Position numbers and translations under genes: made by a program. Under the pieces are notes generated by a model. It ran no database searches and had not been told where the DNA came from. It was given only the letters and a program-made list of their open reading frames with translations. Shown here piece after piece: positions 59,050-64,000 of a stretch of DNA of 64,000 nucleotides. This stretch comes from a virus. Lineage: Duplodnaviria; Caudoviricetes. Within the stretch, counting starts at the first letter, position 1. The number at the start of each line of letters is the position of its first letter. The stretch lies in IMG/VR virus record IMGVR_UViG_3300032007_001727; one strand, given 5' to 3'.

Positions 59050-59640
59050 TTAATAATTATGGTTATTATAACCACCATAAAATCTTGGCTGTTCACCAAA
59101 CACAAACTGAACATCCCTTGTTGTGATACGCCCACTCCGTATTAACAAATCAACATCCCTTTCAGTGATGTCATATGGCTCTTTCCCCCCTTTTATCATT
59201 TTCGCCCATTTATCAAGTTTTTCTTCCCTTGACGAACCACTACGACGTGGTTCTTCCTTATATTGATTTTCAAATTCAAAATCAAGACATTTCTCTCTGT
59301 TTGCAGACCTAACTTGCTTAATTGAGTATTCAAGTTGTTCCGGCTCTACTCCGCAAATTCTTCTAACCTTATGTGGGCTACCAAAATCAATATCCGGTGC
59401 AACGTTTACTACCCATTTATCCGAATTGGCAATCTTACCATACCATTTATTTGCCCTAGGATTATATGCGTATTTTAAGGCTAATCGACGATTATAAAAA
59501 TATATATAATCTCCGGATACCATCGCAAACCACCTCTCACTAGAGTCGATATATCCATTTTCCTCTTTTAATAACTTTTTTACAGATTCTTTTACGATTC
59601 TGTGAAGGTCTGACTCTGTCAATCTAATTTTTCTTTTCAT
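59050..59640 (-). CDS. Hypothetical protein with an IRLTESDLHRIVKESV leader (possible head-internal protein)
   Basis: N-terminal LxE-rich leader; upstream GATATTTAT motif. Confidence 0.7.
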   Translation of the reverse strand: MKRKIRLTESDLHRIVKESVKKLLKEENGYIDSSERWFAMVSGDYIYFYNRRLALKYAYNPRANKWYGKIANSDKWVVNVAPDIDFGSPHKVRRICGVEPEQLEYSIKQVRSANREKCLDFEFENQYKEEPRRSGSSREEKLDKWAKMIKGGKEPYDITERDVDLLIRSGRITTRDVQFVFGEQPRFYGGYNNHNY

Positions 59641-59782
59641 ATTGTTTTATATGTATTTGTTGCCTTATTTTCTAATAAATATCAGCATATACAAAAAATG
59701 TTGTTGCCAAATTTTTTCCAAAATCATCATTTTAATACTATTTATAATAATAAAATGATTATTTGTTAGAAGAACTTAAAAT

Positions 59783-60937
59783 ATGGTAATAACTCAAGAA
59801 ATGAAGGACTTGTTCCAACTGACTAGACACATGTTAGGGGCACCAATCAGAACCGTTCAGTTGGAAGACGAACAACTCTGCGACTTATTAAATGTTGCTG
59901 TTGGTGACTATTCGGAAAAGGTTCAGAATTGGGTTCTTGAAACACAGTGGCTAAATTTACAGAACAGACACATGTTTCAGTTTCAGAACGCAAGTGAACT
60001 AGCCTACGCCATGACGGTTCGTACAATGGATTGGTCACGCGACTACTCTTATTGGTATAGCCGTGAGGTTGGACTTCAGCAACGTGGAAACTATGAACTG
60101 AAAAAAGACTTTTTTAGAATTGAGAAAGGTAAGCAAGTATATGTTATTCCTGCCGGTAGGGAGATAAATAAGGTCATGTACATTACACCGTCAACAACCA
60201 AGGCTGCGCTTTACGGTAATCTTGGAACACTAGATACCGGAATCGGAGGCGGATTCGGACAACTTGGAAACTTGGGATACATGGGAGGATTGACCGGATT
60301 CTACGTCGGAAACGTATATGACACGGCCCTCATGGCCGCTGACCTTAAATACAAGAATTCAATGCTTAGGGGTGATTTGGCCTACAAGGTAACTGCCGGT
60401 CCGAACGGTACACACCTTGTACACCTTATGTCGGTACCGGGTTCACCAAACATGGTAGGAGGCGTTGCTGCCGATGATACTTGGGGTTGGAGAAAATACC
60501 ACAATTGCATATGTTGGTATACCTATTATGACGTTTCAAACGGTACGAGCGATGACGTTACACAGTGCATGTTGGAAAACAAGGATGACATTGTCATCAC
60601 CCCGGACCAAGTACCGCTTGACAAGATGAGGTATGAACTTATGAACAACCCAACACAACAGATAATAAGAAGACTCTTGGTTGCTGAAGCAAAGATTCTG
60701 TTGGGTATTATCCGTGGTACATACAGCGGAGAAGTGAAGATACCGGAGGCCGATATGAAAATGGACTACTCCATTTTTCTTGAGCAAGGCAAGAGTGAAA
60801 AAGAGACAACATTGAATGATTTGAAGGAAAGGCTAGAGAGGATGTTGCCGTGGAATCTAATGAAGAATCAAGCGGACTTAAACGACCAACTGATAAACGT
60901 CTTAAAGAAAAAGCCGTTGGGGCTTTACGTTCGATAA
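59783..60937 (+). CDS. Neck/head-tail adaptor protein (T4 gp13-like)
   Basis: LGAPIRTVQLEDEQL; LVAEAK.LLG.IRG.YSG...IP; C-terminal PLGLYV. Confidence 0.78.
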   Translation: MVITQEMKDLFQLTRHMLGAPIRTVQLEDEQLCDLLNVAVGDYSEKVQNWVLETQWLNLQNRHMFQFQNASELAYAMTVRTMDWSRDYSYWYSREVGLQQRGNYELKKDFFRIEKGKQVYVIPAGREINKVMYITPSTTKAALYGNLGTLDTGIGGGFGQLGNLGYMGGLTGFYVGNVYDTALMAADLKYKNSMLRGDLAYKVTAGPNGTHLVHLMSVPGSPNMVGGVAADDTWGWRKYHNCICWYTYYDVSNGTSDDVTQCMLENKDDIVITPDQVPLDKMRYELMNNPTQQIIRRLLVAEAKILLGIIRGTYSGEVKIPEADMKMDYSIFLEQGKSEKETTLNDLKERLERMLPWNLMKNQADLNDQLINVLKKKPLGLYVR

Positions 60938-60958
60938 ACAAAAAAATTCGGAGATTCC

Positions 60959-60990
60959 TTTGGTTTTTCCGAATTTTTTTTATATATTTG
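60959..60990 (+). promoter_or_regulatory. Bacteroidota-type promoter overlapping a terminator hairpin
   Basis: TTTG at 60959, TATATTTG at 60983. Confidence 0.6.
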
Positions 60991-61460
60991 CATTATGACG
61001 AGGGAAGAATTCATAAAGAAAGCCCAAGAGGCTCACGGTGATAAATACGATTATTCGAAAATTCCAAGCGAACTGAAGGCAAGCGACAACGTTGTGATTG
61101 TTTGCCCCATTCATGGTGAATTCACACAGAATGCTAGGACACATTACAGAGGTCACGGTTGTCCAAACTGTAAGGCGGAAAAGACAAGACAATTCTTGAC
61201 ATTGACAACTGAGACCTTTCTGAAGAAGTATCATGATAAATTCGGTGATGAGTATGATACTTCATTGGTTGATTACAAAGATTTTGAGACAAAGGTTAAA
61301 ATGATTTGTCCAATTCATGGCGTATGGGATTAACATCTGCTGAATGAAAAATATTCATTTATATCAAAAAATATTCAAAAATAAGTAAACTTTTTAAAAT
61401 TACGTGATATTTATATATGAATATTAAGATAAATAATAAAAGAATAAGTGAACTTATTTT

Positions 61461-61772
61461 ATGGATAAATTGTTATCACTGAAAGAAACAGAGAAATTGC
61501 TAAATGTAAGTAAATCCACATTACAACGATGGGATAATAGTGGGAAACTTAAAGCAATCAGAACAGAAGGTGGACATAGACGTTATAAGCAATCTGATAT
61601 AGATGAAATATTAAAAAACATAGACGGTGTTACATACGGTAATTTATATGAACATCTTTGTTCAGCGCAATATATAGCCGATGGTTTACATGATGATGAT
61701 GCTGATGCAATACTCGAAATACGAGAAAGAATAGGGCAAAAACTACTAAATCAATATAATAAAATGAGATAA
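61461..61772 (+). CDS. MerR-type HTH protein (IS607 TnpA DNA-binding domain without the serine recombinase domain)
   Basis: LLNVSKSTLQRWDNSGKLKAIRTEGGHRRY; no YARVS catalytic motif. Confidence 0.8.
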   Translation: MDKLLSLKETEKLLNVSKSTLQRWDNSGKLKAIRTEGGHRRYKQSDIDEILKNIDGVTYGNLYEHLCSAQYIADGLHDDDADAILEIRERIGQKLLNQYNKMR

Positions 61773-61787
61773 AAATCAAATTGAATA

Positions 61788-63428
61788 ATGCTTATTCAGA
61801 GTAAGTACACAAAGATATTCCATTCAAAGGACTTAACTCGTCAGAAATATGATGAGTTATATGACTTTGCTGTGCTTATTCGAAACCATAAAAACACAGT
61901 ATCACAATACGTCAACGACAATCTCTTACATTTCTTGGAATACAATAAATTTCAATTCCTTAAGGAAATGAGAGAACGTTTCAAGAATGTAATACCAAGT
62001 TCATTTGATGCACAACTCTATACACAAGTATTCACTTGCTATCAGAATAAATTTGATGGAATACAACGCAAACTGATATTTGAAGTAAAAACATTTAAAG
62101 GGTTTGAGTTCTACAAGCGTGATACAAAGAAGAATAAGAAAGGTGACTTAAAGAAAGTAATAGCCGAAAAGAAACAAACACCATTATCTAACTGCCTCAC
62201 TTATCTTGCAAGATACGGAAATGAAAACACAATAGACTATATAAGTAGTAATATAGATGTTTGTGATGAGAAGAAACGTGAGTTCTATAACAACATATTA
62301 AGATGCTGTAATAAATTCGGATTTGAACGGTTGTATCGATTAGCATTGAACAAAAGACAACGTGTTGTTAAGCATTATTCTGAATATCCTATTGAATTCA
62401 AGTCATTAACGTTCAATGGTAGGTGTAGGAAGAAAAGGATAATTGACTACAACAGAAAGTTTGACTCTGTTATCAATTCATTCATAAGCCTTAGTGGTAT
62501 TGGACGTAAATCATTTGATATACCGATTACATTCAACAAAGGTTGGCACGGAAATATGAAGGATTACAGAAAGAAGAATCCCGATTACGAATATACAATC
62601 ACTTTCAATGAGAAAGAACATCAAGTAAACATCCATTTATGCAAGGATGGAGAAAGGTATATTCCCCAAGCCAATGGCAATACAATAGGTATTGATGTCA
62701 ATTGCAAGCATAACTTATTCAGCCTATCAAATGAAGCAACTTACGATTATGATAGAAAACTCGTCAATGATTTCTGTAAATTATCACTTGAAATTGACAA
62801 ACTTAAAGAAAATGATAAAGAATACAAGGTCGGTAAGCGTAAACAGCAGAAACTTGATACTCTCAAATCCAAGATGATTAAGTCTGAGCAGCAACTTATT
62901 GCTGATATGTGCAAGACGTTACAATCGCAAGGTGTTGGGCATATTGTGATGGAAGACCTTGATAATGGTTTCGGTAAGTGCTATGTTAAAGACAAGGATA
63001 ATGAGGATATTAATTACAACAGAAAGGTTAAGTTTCTTGGCTTGAGTAGTCTTAAACAAGAAGTTGAGCATATTGCAAGAAAATATGATATTGCGGTTTC
63101 AACTGTTCAAGCAAGTTATACATCGAAGATGTGTCCTATGTGTGGATGTATTGAGGATGAGAACAGACCAAACCAAGAGACTTTTGAGTGTATTAAATGT
63201 GGACATAAAGATAATGCAGACTTTAATGCTGCAAAGAACATAAGGAACAGAGTGCTCGTAACCGTGTTACAAGATTTGCTCTTAAAACAAAAGGATAATG
63301 GTGCTTTTGAGCCTAAGAAACTTAAACGTGAGAAGGTAAAGGAGGTATTGTTATCGTTTCGAAGAAGCCTACAAAATGTAGGAAGTGAATGTACAGAAAG
63401 TAGTGTGACTACTTTTGACTATGTTTAA
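61788..63428 (+). CDS. tnpB: TnpB RNA-guided nuclease (IS607-associated, 546 aa)
   Basis: IGIDVN, IVMEDL, YTSKMCPMCG...FECIKCG, NADFNAAKNI. Confidence 0.9.
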   Translation: MLIQSKYTKIFHSKDLTRQKYDELYDFAVLIRNHKNTVSQYVNDNLLHFLEYNKFQFLKEMRERFKNVIPSSFDAQLYTQVFTCYQNKFDGIQRKLIFEVKTFKGFEFYKRDTKKNKKGDLKKVIAEKKQTPLSNCLTYLARYGNENTIDYISSNIDVCDEKKREFYNNILRCCNKFGFERLYRLALNKRQRVVKHYSEYPIEFKSLTFNGRCRKKRIIDYNRKFDSVINSFISLSGIGRKSFDIPITFNKGWHGNMKDYRKKNPDYEYTITFNEKEHQVNIHLCKDGERYIPQANGNTIGIDVNCKHNLFSLSNEATYDYDRKLVNDFCKLSLEIDKLKENDKEYKVGKRKQQKLDTLKSKMIKSEQQLIADMCKTLQSQGVGHIVMEDLDNGFGKCYVKDKDNEDINYNRKVKFLGLSSLKQEVEHIARKYDIAVSTVQASYTSKMCPMCGCIEDENRPNQETFECIKCGHKDNADFNAAKNIRNRVLVTVLQDLLLKQKDNGAFEPKKLKREKVKEVLLSFRRSLQNVGSECTESSVTTFDYV

Positions 63429-64000
63429 TTCTTCGGAAATGACACCGCATGATTTGATGCGTGGAAAGGGGTGCCCGGTTTGCGGCACGGAACAAGGACA
63501 CTTATCAAAGCGTCTTGAACGTGATGAGGTATTGAAGCGGGCGGAAGAGTTGCATGGTGGAAAATATCTCTATGATAGGTTTGTTTATACTAGAATGTGT
63601 GACAAGGGTATAATCACTTGTCCAATTCATGGTGATTTTAAACAGACCATGAGAAAGCATCTATCCGGTAGTGGATGCCCAAAATGCGGCTATGAAAGGA
63701 ATGCAGACACCTTCAGAATACCGATAGATAAAGTCATTGAGAAATGCGAGAAGGTTCACAATGGCAAATATCAATATTTAAAGGATTTTGACTATTTCAA
63801 TAATAAGACTCGTTTGCATATAGTTTGCCCAATTCATGGTGAGTTTTGGCAAGAGGCAATTGCTCACTTTCATGGTCAAGGATGCCCGGAGTGTGGTAGG
63901 GAAGAAGCAGCCCGTAAGTTACGAAAAGATAAAGAGCACATGATAAAAAGGGCAAGAATTGTGCACGGGGACAAATATTCGTATGATAATTTTGAGTATG

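Larger units (their letters stand above)
61329..63436 (+). mobile_element. IS607-family element (HTH-only orfA plus tnpB)
   Basis: GG at both junctions (TATGG-G|ATTAAC and TTCTTC-GG|AAATG), no target duplication, AAAAATATTCA direct repeats in the left end. Confidence 0.85.
60995..64000 (+). pseudogene. Zn-ribbon-repeat endonuclease gene interrupted by an IS607-like element (continues past the window end)
   Basis: ...CPIHGVW (to 61328) rejoins EMTPHDLMRGKGCPVC (from 63437) in frame when 61329-63436 is removed. Confidence 0.85.

Noticed and set aside
61329-61460. IS607 element as a group I intron-containing IStron
   Set aside because: Only ~130 AT-rich nt precede orfA; no room for, or sign of, a group I catalytic core.
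1-64000. Stop-codon reassignment (TAG to Gln) as in some gut megaphages
   Set aside because: Long genes are intact in code 11, and TAG ends several genes at sensible positions (39184, 49218, 17122).
1-64000. tRNA/rRNA genes and cas1/cas2
   Set aside because: None recognised by eye; tRNAscan and Cas HMM searches would be needed to exclude them formally.

Overview
64 kb segment of a large, T4-like contractile-tailed (jumbo-type) phage genome. It uses genetic code 11. The host is most likely Bacteroidota, because TTTG-N20-TAnnTTTG promoters recur throughout. About 1-38 kb holds lysis and virion genes (amidase, fibre-like proteins, tail sheath, tail tube, tail chaperone, tape measure, baseplate proteins with lytic domains), interspersed with RmlD, a DUF4422-like protein, a poly-C-frameshifted BspA-type LRR gene, an IS200/IS605 tnpB element and many Zn-ribbon-repeat endonucleases. 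About 38-56 kb is a replication and nucleotide module: SSB, thymidine kinase, RecA/UvsX, 5'-3' exonuclease, DnaB, and a class II RNR (NrdJ) fractured by a split intein with a free-standing endonuclease between the halves. The standout locus is 56.7-59.0 kb: a host-type promoter, then a ~185-nt structured RNA, then an 8-repeat CRISPR array (36-nt hairpin repeats), then a 500-aa TnpB-like nuclease with intact RuvC motifs. It has no transposon ends and no cas1/cas2 in the window, so it is a candidate phage-encoded miniature type V system newly derived from TnpB. The window ends with a neck protein gene and an IS607-like element inserted at a GG dinucleotide inside an endonuclease gene. All calls come from reading motifs by eye; no database searches were run.
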